NCBI RefSeq assembly: GCF_000315625.1
Contig: NW_005434579.1
Span: 63,594-127,593 of the forward strand
DNA from: Guillardia theta CCMP2712
Lineage: Eukaryota; Protista; Cryptophyta
DNA length: 64,000 nucleotides
Direction of reading: 5' to 3'
Shown piece by piece: positions 1 to 12,800 of this stretch (positions are counted from its first letter, which is position 1; every line of letters begins with the position of its first letter). The notes under the pieces are model-generated. The model was not told the origin of the DNA. It did not search any database and worked only from the letters and a program-made list of their open reading frames with translations. The position numbers and the translations under genes are program-made.

Positions 1-25
1 GCTCTCCCCTGAGCTTCTCCTGCAG

Positions 26-97
26 GCCAACAAGGCCTCGGAAGCGCAAAGATTCTCTACAGTCGCCGAGTACTTCTCTCGAGGTCTCTTCAGCTGA
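26..97 (+). CDS. Probable terminal exon of a gene starting left of the window (ANKASEAQRFSTVAEYFSRGLFS*)
   Basis: Pyrimidine-rich acceptor ...ttctcctgcag| at 25, followed by 23 open codons and TGA at 95-97; tail-to-tail with the kinesin. Confidence 0.45.
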   Translation, partial: ANKASEAQRFSTVAEYFSRGLFS

Positions 98-306
98 CCT
101 CGGAAGTCAGCTGGGGAATGGCTGGAAGTTACTGGGGGTGGTAGGGTGTTTATTGGGGGGGTGGTACCTGATGAGCTGGGGCTCTGCTGAGGGCCTTTAT
201 TCATTTATTGTACATGGCCAAGCTGTTAGTCTTGTGGAAGGGAACTCAATCACTTGTCTCCTCCTCCTCCTCCTCCTTCTCCTCCTCCTCCTCCTCCTCC
301 TCTCCT

Positions 307-3300
307 TCAGGTTCCAAGGCGCCTCTTCTTCGAGTCATTGTTCTGCCCAGCTGCGCTCTTGACCACGTTCCCTGTCTACCAGTCACTCTTCTCTCTCCTC
401 CTCCTCTTCCCTCTTGCCTGTCATCGCCGGGCCCGTCACGTGCCTCGTTGCCTTGCCCAGCTCGCACTGAGCTATGAGGTTGCCGAAGCGGAGAGAGCAG
501 AGAGTCTCGTGCGCTGAAGACTCGACGGGAGAAGCAGCCAAGATGACCTGCTGGACGTCAGGTGGAGGAGGCGAGGAGGAAAGGAAGAGGAGAGAGGAGG
601 AGGAGCAACAGAGGAGGTGCAGGAGCAGGAGGGGAGCAGGAGGAGGAGACCAGGGCTTTGCCGTCGCCACTCAGACAAGGCTGAAGGAGGAACGTGAGCT
701 TGGAGTTTCTGCTCGAAGTATCAGTGAGACAAGGCCAAAACTAAGAGGGGGGAAGATGCAAGAGGAAGAGGAGGAGGAGGAGGAGGAGGAGGAGGAGGAG
801 GAGGAGGAGGAGGAGGAGCACCTGTAGGGAACATGCGCCTGTTTCTTTGCGATGGCTGACATCACATCCCCTAGCGCACTCAGCGACTTATTGATGCTCT
901 GAGTCTCCTTGAGGCGATCCCCTGCCCCTTCCTTTCAGCTCTTGTCCTCCTCCTCCTCCTCCTCCTCCTCCTCCTCCCTCACTCCTTCCCTCCTGTCTTC
1001 TTTCCCGTCCTGATCCTTCTGTTCCCAACCTCTTCTGCTTTTCTCCTACTGCTGCTCCCCTCCTCCTCTCCCTCCCCCTCCTCGACCTGTCGCGTTCGAC
1101 TTCGCCAGCCTTTCGCTTCCCGCAAGGTCGACCAGGTGGAGGCTGCCGCGAAGAGTCTGCCCGCGCTGCTCGTGCTTGGCGTTGATGCGGAGCTGAGGAG
1201 AAAGTGAGAAGAGGGAGGAAGGGAGGGAGGAAGGGAGGGGGAGCGAGAGAGAAGAGGGAGTAGGGAGGAGGGGGAAGGAGGAGGGGCGAGAGAGGAGAGG
1301 GAGGAGGGGGGGCAGAGGGAGAAGAGGGAGAGAAACAAGGGGAGGGGGAGGATGTGCAGGGAGGGTTCAGACCTGGAAGACTGTGTGGCTTCTGGAGGAT
1401 CGTTCGTTCATGTCCGTCCCCTGCACAACAGACGATGAGTAGCAGATGAAAGAGAAACAGGAAGAGAAGGACAGGAGGAGGACAGGAGGAGGAGGAGTCC
1501 AGCAGCAGCAGCAGCAAAAGAAGAAGGAGGGAGCAGGTGCAGCAGGAGTCTGGAAGAAAGAGAAAGGAGGATATGGAGAGGAGAGAGGAGCAGGNNNNNN
1601 NNNNNNNNNNNNNNNNNNNNNNNNNNNNNNNNNNNNNNNNNNNNNNNNNNNNNNNNNNNNNNNNNNNNNNNNNNNNNNNNNNNNNNNNNNNNNNNNNNNN
1701 NNNNNNNNNNNNNNNNNNNNNNNNNNNNNNNNNNNNNNNNNNNNNNNNNNNNNNNNNNNNNNNNNNNNNNNNNNNNNNNNNNNNNNNNNNNNNNNNNNNN
1801 NNNNNNNNNNNNNNNNNNNNNNNNNNNNNNNNNNNNNNNNNNNNNNNNNNNNNNNNNNNNNNNNNNNNNNNNNNNNNNNNNNNNNNNNNNNNNNNNNNNN
1901 NNNNNNNNNNNNNNNNNNNNNNNNNNNNNNNNNNNNNNNNNNNNNNNNNNNNNNNNNNNNNNNNNNNNTGTTCTTCTCTGCCGTCTTCATCAGACTGTCA
2001 ATGTCTTCCTTGCTCGACACTTTCGTCGTCGTCAAGTCTGAGATCACCATTGACCCATCCTCTCCCTGCCCCTCCTGTCAGCTCCGCCTCCCTCCCTCCT
2101 CCTCATCATCATCATGCCTCTCCCCTCGGCTCTCCTCCTCCTCGTCCTCTACCTGTCGGATGTTGAACTGCTTCCCCTCGAGGTCCTTCCGGTTGGGGTC
2201 AGCTGGACGTTTCCTCTCTCCCTCTCACCTTGGCGTCGCAGAGGAGGTCGCGGATCGTCTCGTTGTAGATCTCGAGGAAGGAGGCGGCAAGTTCGTACTC
2301 CCTGTGAGCGATGAGAGGAGGAGGAGGAGGAGGAGGAGGAGGAGAAAGGGGACAGAGAGGGGGGGAGGGGGAGAGAACAGGAGGAAGATGAGGAGGAACA
2401 GTAGCAGGAGGAGGGGGAGCAGTAGAGGGAGATGGGAGTCGGAGCTGAAGGAGAAAGAGGAGGAATAGAAGGAAGAGCAAGGCAGGAGGAGGAGGAGGAG
2501 GAGGAGGAAGAGGGAGGAGGAGGAAGAGGGAGGAGGAGGGAGTGTTTGGTACCATCCGTTGTCCTTCATCTCAGCGACGGTCTCGAGGATCTGGTTGATC
2601 GAGCGAGGAATGATTCCCATCGCCTCCTCCTCCCTCCCTCCCAGCATCGTGAAAGTTTTTCCTGCACCTGTCTGCCCGTACGCGAGCAGACTGAGGGAAG
2701 GAGGGTCAGCACAAGATAGGAGGGGAGGGAGGAGAGTGGTAGGAGGGGAGAGGAAGTGGTGGTGGAGGTTGAACAGGACGAGAAGGGAGCAGAACAAGAA
2801 GGAGAGAAGAGGGAGACGGAAGGCGAGGAAGAGGAATGAAGAAGAGGAGGAGGGAGGAGGAGCTTCTACCTGACGTTGTAGCCATCGAGAGCGCTTTGCA
2901 CAAAGTCCTTCACCTCCTCGAAGATGTCCAGCTGGGTCCTTGTCTGCCGAGAGATCAGCCTGCTGGGCTCGAGCTGGGCTCGAGCTCTCACCTGGCCGAA
3001 GCAGCGATCGAAGCGAAAGTCGTTGTCGACCCCATTGTAGGGCAGCATGACCTTGCCAGCGTCCTCGTCCACAGACAGGCAGCTCTTCGCTTCCTCCTCC
3101 TTCTACACGGGCCCTCAGTGTCTCTTCCTTTCCTTCCCTCCTTGCCCACGTCTCTCCACGTCCTCGTCCTCCCCTCGCCCTCCCTCTTACCTCCTTCGAG
3201 CTCGCAGGTCGGATTCTGCAGAAAGTTCGAATGTTTCCCTTGACCTCCTGCCCAGAATCGTCAGCCTCCTCCTCCTCCTCCTCCTGCTCCTGCTCCTCTT

Positions 3301-5609
3301 CACCTGCAGCTCGTTGTGGATTTTTCTCCTCGACGCCTCGGCTGCCGCCAACTTTCTCTTTAGCTCGGCGATTTCTCGTTTCAGCGCCTCCACCAGCGCC
3401 TTCTCATACGCCAGCTCCGCCTCCGTTCCCTGCCTCTCCGACTGTTCCTGCTGCTCCCGAACTTCAGCTCCTTCACCACCACCTCCTCCTCTTCTCTCTC
3501 CTTCTGCTGACCCTCCTTCTCTCCTTCACCTTCTCCTCCTCCTTCTAGTTTTATTTCTCCTCTACCTGCCTCCTCACAACAACTGCAACTACAACCATTG
3601 TTGTGCCGCAGTCTTCTCCTCCCCCCTCACCCCTTCTCCGCTCTTCTTCCCCCCTCCCCTCCCCCCCTTCTCCGCTCTTCCCCACCCGCCCCCCCCCTCA
3701 CCTTGTGCACCATCACGCTCTCCGTCTGTCGCTTGAAGAATTCCTCGATCTGCGCCGGCAGGTTCGCGTGCTCCTTGTACACGCTGAACTCCGCCTGCCG
3801 CACACCGTCAGCCAGCTACTCTCCAGCTCGACTCCAGCTGAGCGCAACCTGAATCTTCGCCGCCTGCTCGGCTGTGTCGACCTTGGCCTGGATGAGCTCC
3901 TGCACCTCGTCAGAGACCAAGTAGAGAGAGATGAGGAGGAGGAGGAGGAGGAGGAGAAGGAGGAGGAGGAGGAGGAGGAGGAGGAGGAGGGGGAGGGGGA
4001 AAGGGGAGGGAGGAGGGAGGAGGGAGGAGGAGCTGATTTCCACCTGCAGCTGCTGACGGAGGCTCGCAACCTCGGCCATCTTGTCCGCCAGGTCGTTGGA
4101 GATCCTCTTCAGCTCAGAGTCCTGCTGGGGATGTCAGCGGGAAGAGGAGCCGCAAACTTCTGCCTTGAGCCGAAGGTCCAACGTGGACTGGCTGCTCTCT
4201 TCCTTGGACTTGCTGAGCTCGCTCTGCAGCTGCTCCAAGTCGACCTTGAGCTTCGCAAGCTCTTCATGCGCCGAGTCGCGCTCCTGCACCAGCCCGATCA
4301 GCCGGCGGGCGCACGTCATCCCTCGCATCCCTTCCGTCCTCTTCCTTAAGCTGCAGCTTCTCCAGCTCAATACTTTCCCTCTCCCCTTCTGCGCTCCTCC
4401 TCGCTCCTCTTGTTCCTCCCTCCTCTTCTTGCCCTTGCTCTTCTCCTCCCTCCTCCATCTTGTCCTCCTCCCTCTCCTCCTCTTCTTCTTCCTCCCCCTC
4501 ACCTCTGTGAGCTCCTTGATGCGCGTGTTCTGGAGCTCCTGCCCCATCGCGAGGCTCTTCATCGCGTCGTTGTGCTGCTGCTCCCTCGCGTCCATCCTCG
4601 CTTGCATGTCCTCCAGCTTGCTCGCGCTGCTCTGCTTCTCGAGCTCCAGCTTCTCGATCTTCTCCTGCCGCTCCTTCTTCTCTCCCTCCAGCCTCTCCAG
4701 CTCGCTCCTCGACGCCTTGTGGTTCTCTTCAAGGACCGCAAACTTCGTCTTCAGCTCCGTCAGCTGCTCCTGGGCAGCCGTGTGCTTGCTCCGCGCCTCG
4801 TGGGCCGCCACCATCTCCTGCCCGAGCTTCTCCCGCAGCTCGTTCAGCTCCTTGTCATGAGCGACCTGCTTCTTCTCCACCGCCTCGCTCAGCTCGCTGG
4901 CCTCCTTCTTCGCGCCCTCTGCCTCCTTCCTGCTGCTCTCCAGCTCGCTCTTAAGCACCGCTGCCTCAGCCCGGGCGATGTCTCGCTCATCCATAACCTG
5001 TCGCTTCTCAAGCATCTCAGACGCTCTCTCCTTCTCCATGCTGGCGATCCTCTCCTCCTTCCCCTTCACCTCCTCCTGCAGCGCCTTGTACGCCTCCTCC
5101 TGCTCCTTCAGCTTCTCGTTGAGGGAGGAGATCTGAGCGTCCAGCTCTTCCGTCTTCTGCTTCAGCTCGTCGATCTTCGAGCTCTTCTCCAGGTTGTCCC
5201 GGGCAAACCTTCGGATCATGGCCTCGCGCTTGTCCAGCAGGTCCTGGAGGGCCTCCCGCAGCTTCAGGATCAGCGACTTCTGCTCTGCCATCCTCTGCTT
5301 CTGGTCGTTGAGCGTCTTCCCAGCTGCTGAGATCTTGATCTTCAGGATCTCTTCGTAGTTGATCTCGCTCGCTCGCAGCTCCTTGATCAAGTCAGGGTCT
5401 CCGATTATCGGCTCCTCCACCAGATCCTCTTGTTTCAACTCCCCAGACGTCCTCTTGCTCTCGAGGATGTTGGCGGCGGGCTGCGGAGCCTTCAACTTTG
5501 ACTTGGTGGTGTCAACGTTTCCCTTGGAGTTCTCCTTGTCACTCGTATGACTCTCCTTGTTCTGAGATCTATCGAGCATCCGCCCTGATCTGCTCAACGA
5601 CAATGACAT
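307..5609 (-). CDS. Kinesin-14 family C-terminal motor protein (KIFC1/Ncd/Kar3-like), multi-exon
   Basis: Long N-terminal coiled coil (ORF 4134-5609). Spliced motifs: neck RRKIHNELQ|[45 protein letters not shown] (P-loop), [72 protein letters not shown]. The stop is at 307 if the last GC-AG intron (372-417) is spliced, otherwise 383. Confidence 0.95.
1595..1968. other. Assembly gap (374 N) inside the kinesin gene, next to polypurine intronic sequence
   Basis: Run of N. Confidence 1.
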
Positions 5610-5984
5610 GACTGCAATCCACGCGGAGACTTTGCCCTGAAAATCAGCTCTTTGTCAGATATCTGCAGTCTTGATCGTACCACTTTGCAATTCAAAATGT
5701 CTGTATGATCATGGAGACATTCTATTCATTGTAAATCTCTACTCATCCTTGTAGAATGTTTTCTCCTACTGTTCATTTCGCATGTCTGTTCTATCCTATC
5801 CTTCATGTCTCCACTCCTTGTATACGGCCTTACCTCTCCTCTGCCACATACTCCCTCCTTACTCCCTTACTCCTCCTCCCTTCATCCTCCTCCTCTCCCT
5901 CCCTCTCCCTCCCTCTCCCTCCCTCTCCCTCTCTCCCTCTCGGTCGGATCGCCATTGCGCATGTGAAGGCGTGTAAGAATTAAA

Positions 5985-6715
5985 ACGGTGGGGGCCTTTT
6001 CCAGGGGGTAGGGGGTCCGAAAAGTGTCCTATGTACCCCAGAGATGAGGGTCAATGAACCGGGTACTTGTTATCATTAACGAATATATGGTGGTCCCGGG
6101 ATGGTAGGGTTCTCCTTCAAACGGAATTTCTTTTTTTGAATTTTTGGCACCGTCAGTGGGTGCGAGGGGGATGAGTGGGGAATTGCATCACCACGCCCGC
6201 GGCCCGGCCCCGGGCCCGGCCGCCGCCCCGGGTGACCGTCGGACGCCGCACCGTGCAGGCTGCGGTAGTACCGGGGTGACTCAGTGACGAACTTCGCCGG
6301 AGTAGGAAGAGGAGGCTTCCTAGCTGTCTTGCTAAGGTCCTCTCCGGATGCCAGTGCTTGGAATTCACATCCGATCCTAGCATACAGTCTATCTCTCATG
6401 TGCTCCTCAATTCTGCGGGTCGAGTCGTGTGCATTAAACTCGGTCTTGACGAGTCAACCGTCATTGTCACATTGTGATACTCCGGGCGTACTAGCCTAGT
6501 CGGAAGGCTATGCTAGTTGCGATGCTGCGGCAAGGCTTCGGCGGCTAAGTTACTAAGATACTAATATCACCCCGTGTCAGTGGCCCTCGGTTCCCGGAGT
6601 CCAGCAGCGGCCTCCCCGCTCTGGCGGTAAAGCAGTCCGCGGTCACCGGCCCGGGTCACCGGGTGACCACGGCGGGGGCTCGGTCAGTATACGATAGTAC
6701 CGTCTGAGGTGTAGT
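5985..6715. promoter_or_regulatory. Upstream module of kinesin: G-run segment, T-tract, then GC/CCGG-rich quasi-palindromic island
   Basis: gggggtaggggg near 6005; tttttttgaatttttgg near 6130; cggcccggccccgggcccggcc at 6199-6220; ggtcaccggcccgggtcaccgggtgacc near 6641-6668. The same architecture recurs elsewhere in the window. Confidence 0.5.
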
Positions 6716-6801
6716 AGAGTGATGAAGGGGCTTAGGGAGTCGTTTGTTTGCCATTCATTACACTACTATTACTATTAACACATAGACCTGAACCCGGGCC
6801 G

Positions 6802-9800
6802 TCACCTCCCAGCTGGGGAGAAGCTGGAAGAAGTCTCAGACTCTGCCGTGTCCATGGTGACCGTACCGATGCTCATCTGCGACATGCCGGCTGGAACCAT
6901 CTCGCTCGCCTCACTATGTCGCCTTGGGGAGGCCCCCGGCTGCGAGAGCGTCGCGACCGACAGGTCACCTTCCCACTCGTTGCTCTCCGACTCGCTGTCC
7001 AGATCCATGTCGTCGACGTCCATGCGAGAGCTCGCGGCATCCTCGCTTCTTGCCTTGGATGCCTCGCCGAAGAAGGGGCCCAGCAGGCGAGACTCGATGT
7101 CAAACTTGGAGATCCTTTGCTGCTGCTGCTGCTGCTGCTGCTGCTGGGAACGGAGAGGAGACATGAATGGATGAGGGTAAAACGCCTCTTCCGCACTCGA
7201 CAAGCCTCGTGCTTCCTCCATGGCCAGCTGCTGCTCCAGCTCTTTCACCCTCTCCGAGATGTTCTTCAGTCTGCCGCCACCAGGCGTCCGCGGCTGCATC
7301 TGCTCCTCCACGGCCGACCTCTCCCTCCCAGCAGGAGCTGTCACAGCCCTCGACGTAACTTGGGGAGACTCAACGCCCTGCCCCTGACCCGCTGGCGTGT
7401 TCTCCGGCGCTCGTCGTCCTGGTCTCATGGGCGTGTGGATCCAGCTGTCGTCCGCCCGCCGCTCCGCGACTGCATGTGCTCTAGAGACAGGAGCGAGCGA
7501 CACGTACACGGCTCCGAACCCGAGGGTGGCGACGCTCTCGTCGTCAAGGTCCAACTCTGTGCCCAGCTGCCCTCCCCCATCGGCGAATCTCAGCGTGTCC
7601 ACCGTAGCAGCCGTCTGGAGAGCATCCTCCGAGGCCGAGAGGGTACGGGGCTGAGCATACTGCATCTGCTCGCCTATCGAGTGCTCTTCGTACCCCCCGT
7701 CAGACTCGGAGTCCGAGTCCGACTCCAGCGGTGCCTGTGGCCCGATAGCAGCAGCGGCGGCTCGAGCGTTGCCGAGCGAGCCCTTGACGGAGCTGCCGAA
7801 GAGATTCTCAAGGTTGCGATGGTCCTGCAGCCATGGCAGCGGCTGCTCGTCCGGCCTTGAGGGTGCCTGCCTTTCAACCTGGACGCCTCCTGACGCTACT
7901 CCCGTCATCTGAGGTAGCTCAACGGATCCTGGAGCTGGAGCTGGAGCTGGAGCTGGAGCTGGAGCTGGAGCTGGAGCTGGAGCTGGAGCAGAGGGTTGTC
8001 CTCCGACTGGGAGTGTCTCCCCGATCCCACTTCTTAGGGAGATCCCTGGCCTCGAGACGTTGGTGCGGCTCCTCCTAGAGGCCGGGCGGGCTGGAGTATT
8101 CTGTTGACTTCTCGTTGTGCTCCTCTGACTCCGGTGGCTCCTGCTGGGCATGAACAGCTGGCTGCGAGTCTTCTGCCCTGAGTAGGCGGTGGAGTTGAGC
8201 GAGGCCAGCGACATCTGGTCGTCAAGGTTCTCGAACCGTTGCTGGAGGCTGCTCTCCGGATCCGAGGCACTGAAGTAGTTCTCGTCCTCCACCTGCTCAG
8301 CTTCCGCCTCCTCCTCATCTCCCCCCCTGTTGCTGTGCTGAGCGGTCGAGACTGGCACCCGTGCCGACTCCATCGGCACCGGCTGCTCGTTCACGTACTG
8401 CTGGTCCGAGCCGATGGCTACTCCCATCATGCCATAGTCGCTCATCGCCGCATAGCCGCTGCGAGCTGACGTCGGAGCCGCTCCTTCGTTCTGACCTCGG
8501 GTCTCGACGGATCCACGGGATACGGAAGAAGCGGCTGCGCTAGGGATCAACATGGCTCGGATCTGTCCTGGACTTGGCACTTTCCATCGTGGGGTCCAGT
8601 CATTTGCCCCCTGCTCAGCCGCTCCTGCTTGAGGGGCATTCGAGTCCGTCTCGGAGATCCTGGGGGACTGCGCGTACGACGCCCGGGCTGCCGCTGCCTG
8701 CTTCCTTATAAGGTTACTATCGTATCTTGGGCTGAAGTCGTCCCGTTGCACTGATGGGGAGCTGCTGGCGTACTGCATCGGCTGCTGCTCGATATCCATG
8801 GTAGAGTTCAGACTGTTCTGCCGGTACATCTCAGAAATCCGAGAGATGCCGAGAAACTGGTTGGGAGACTGCAGGGCCCCGTAGCCCGAGATGTTGTTGA
8901 AGGAGTTGACGCGAGGGCTGAGGGGGAAGTTTGACAAGGTGGTTCGGGTGGACATTGACATGGGATCGCGAGGGGTCATCTCTTCTCGCTGCATCGCCAT
9001 GATCCCTGGAGACAGCTGCATGTTTCCTTCGGGGATACTGATGACACTTTGATTGGCTAGAGCGTCGAGTGCCGACTTGATCATGACCTCGTCGGAGTGC
9101 AAAGTTCTCCTGATGGTGACAACTAAACAACAGAAGAGGCAGATCACGCCAAGTCCGATCCCCCCGCTCAGCAGCCCGATGGTCAGAGGCTGCCATGCGC
9201 TCGTGGGCGGAGGAGTGGTAACAAGCATGGTGGTGGGCAACGGAGTTGTGGTTGTCACTGTAGTCGTGGGAGTAGGCGTCGGTTCGACGTATCCTATCGC
9301 CTGGAAGTCAAGAGCCAGTCCAATCAAAGGGAAGGAACTCGCGAGCTGCCCGGACTTGAACATGTCGAGCAGCAGCAAGAACGATTCAGCAGCGATCTTG
9401 TCGTTTTGAGGACTGTTCATGACGATGAAGGAGATGCGAACTGACCCCCTTGTGACATTGAGGATCATGATCTGCTGTAAAGTGGTGACGTCATCTTGAA
9501 ACTTCAAGAGAGCTCCACATGTTCTCACAAAGTACGATTTCAAATCCTTCATCCTGTCAGGTGCGCTGTAGAACGTGAAGTTTGCATCGAACACCACATT
9601 CAGGGGGTAACTCTCTTTCACCAGAACGATCGCTTTGTTGATCGGGTCTGAAGAGCTCTGATCCACCGCAACGGACAGACTGAGTGGGAACGGCAAGTTG
9701 ACGTTGGGGAATGGAGGGACTTCAATCAAGCAGCTCGTGTGGCTCCCGGATCTCTTGGCATACACCGATGCCATCGATCCAAGTTGGACCAGGAGGTTGC

Positions 9801-12800
9801 CTTCAGATCCTCCGAAGGAGTTGCCGACAACGGTCAGCAGTCGATTACCAATGACTGACGGCAGGACGATCGAGTCCACAGAGGGCAGGCCATCCGCTAG
9901 GTGGGTAACGTTGAACGTCCAGCTGTTGGAGATGAGAGCTTGCACAGAGGGCCTCTCGTAAGAGAACGTTGGCTCCCAGTATCCGAAGCCGAAGGGAGGA
10001 GGACCAGTGGAGCTGTCGTAGTAAAACATCGAGATGTCGGAACCCACTCCTTCCGGCATGATGAATGAAATCGTCCCTGTATCTCCATTCCGCGACGACT
10101 CAACGAATCTGCCCGTACAGTTCGCGCTGTTAGCGCAGATCTTCTTGTACAGCACAGGCTTCCCAGTCGTTCGCTTCCACATCTGAATCTCTGTCCGATC
10201 CGAGATAGAAATCAAGTTCCCCTTGGCCACCACGACGTATCCCCCGCTGGTGGGCCCGTAGTTCGGGCTCAAGTCCTCTAGATGCGGAGCTCGATTGTAA
10301 GAGAACTGAGTCACGCCGGTGGAGACTCTCGCACCGATGGAGACGAAGAAGTTTGCTGCTTCCATGGGCTGGCCAGAAGGGACGTGGCATTCAAGTGAGG
10401 TTGAGCTTACCCATAAGGTTTTCATGCAATTGGTGCTGCCCACCTTTGCGATGAGCGAATAATCGTTCACTCCGAACTCGTTGCCGAAGATTGTCAGCAC
10501 GTCGTTTCCATTCGTTGGACTGTTGGTGGGTTGCACTGCTGTCACCCCCCCTAGCGAGTAGTCAAACAGCGATGATTTTGACGCGATCAGTTGTGCGTTT
10601 GTGATCGACACTCTAAGAGTCGCTCCGACTCCATTCGCTGGCCTTGCAGACGCTGACGTGTCGCTGCTCCAGCTGGACCTCTCACATGCTGACCCGCCGA
10701 CACGGACTCTGAGGGTCAGACTGAAAGCGCCATAGTTCACCCCAGCCCCGGAGACGTTGTACTCAGTTCGAGCTTCTTTGATGGTTTGAACTTCGATGAA
10801 GTCCAGCGACAGAGAGTCGAACGAGAAGATCCGTATCGAGGTGCCTCGTTGCATGGCAGTAGTCATGACTGTCCTGTGCGCGATCCCTATTCCGTTCGAC
10901 AGCCTCGAAACCACCTGGCTGTCAGAGGACCACGAGGTAGCGGCGCAGGCGGATTGACCGAGCCTGGCTTCCTCTGAATTGACACTCGTCCCGAAGTTGG
11001 TTCCATAGATCGTGAGGGAATTAGGGAGGCTCAGGTCTGCGACAGGGGCTGCGTTTCCAGGCGAGCTGCTGCTGATTCTGGGAAGATCGAACGACCAAGC
11101 CAAAGTGAGCGTACCGGAGACAACATAGCAAACACTTGCGACGATGTCTCTGAACGATCCCAAGCCCCTGGGCACCTTACACAACATGCCAGTATCTGAC
11201 AGCCAAGATGTCGTGATAGGAGCAGACCCCTGCATCTTGGCTCGAAGTGTTGTGTCCCGGGCTCCAAGATTTTGCCCAGTGATGGTTGTTGGGCTGCCTC
11301 CTGTGGTTGGGAAGTTAGGCTGCGGAGGAATGGCGCGAGCAAAGAGGTCTTGTCGGTACGATACGACAGAGATCAAAGGGCCATCGAACGATACGATAGC
11401 CATCCCTGTGCCGCCTCGCATTGCAATCGTCGCAATTGTCTTGGGTGAAATGCTGCCAATGCCGGTGGGTGGAAATACTGAGATTGACGAGTCACTTTGC
11501 CAGCGAGTTTGTTGAGCTGCTGTTTGCAAAGATCGTGTAGACTGAGAGCTCCGACATCTCCCGAAGCTCTGTCCAAAAACGTATAATCCATCCAAGACGT
11601 CAAAAGGCTTGGCGTTCGTTCCTTGGTAACTTGCAATCTTCGGAATGTCAAAAGACATCGCCATAGAGACAGAAGCTAGAGTCACAATGGAGCAGACAAG
11701 TGACAAAGTAGCGCCAACGCCCGAGGGCTTCAGGCACAAGATGCTGGTCTGTGAGGTCCATCTGCTGTTCTCAACGGAAGTTCCTCTTAACCTTGCCATC
11801 GGAGAATTGGAAAATGACGCGAGGTTGGCGCCATTGACCACAAAAAGATCTGAAGGAGCAGCTGGTAAATTCGAATCCTGAATGTGGCTGACTCTGACCA
11901 GGTCGTAAGAAACAGCATTTGATAGCGTGTAGAGACTGGAAGCTGACAGGACAATGCTCCTGCTCGCTCCAGACCCTTGAGTCATCATAAGGCTTAGACT
12001 GCTCGAGCTAGTCCAAACGGTGACGGGTGCCCTTGTCATCCCCAATCGGGTAACGAGGCTGGAGGATCTCACTGAATTTGGCAAGCTCATCATTACATAA
12101 AACATCTTGGCGGGTTGACTGTTGAATCCTGATGAGCGAGTAGCATAAACGTCATATGAGAGACTTTCTGTTTGACTCTTCACCTTGACGGCACTAGTGA
12201 CCATGACGCTCAGTGAGAATCCAGATCCCGACGAAGTCTGACAATTGACAACTGAGTCAGATATCCATGAACTGGAAGAAGCCGCAGAATATCCGATTCT
12301 TGCTCTCCAAGTGATTTGCCTTGCGATATGGCTCCCACCTATGTACAAATATTGATTCACAAGGGGAAAGTTGGAAGATTGAACCAACAAATTCGAATCT
12401 GCTGAGAAGGCTTCTGAAATCGAGGCAACGTTGACAGACACAGTCATCGATACAGCATTTGAGCTGTACATCACCGCTGTGGTCCTGCAAGATATGCTGG
12501 AAGATGAGTCCCACAGGGTAACTGAAGTAGCTGAATATCCGACCCTCCCCGCCGCTGAGTTGACCCTCACCGACCAATTCCTTGTAACAATCGACAAGGA
12601 GTTGCTGGTTGTAATAATCGACAACTTGTCGTAACTGAAAACTTGGCTCAGCGAGGAAAGAACAAGGTTCGAAGTGATTGACAACGAAGCGCTGGATCTA
12701 TGCCCAGTGGTGAAAAGAGACGAAATGCTAGAACTTGAAACCCAAAGTGTCTGCAACGAGCTCGAGCTTCCAAGTCTCCCAGAGCTACTATAGTCCGATC

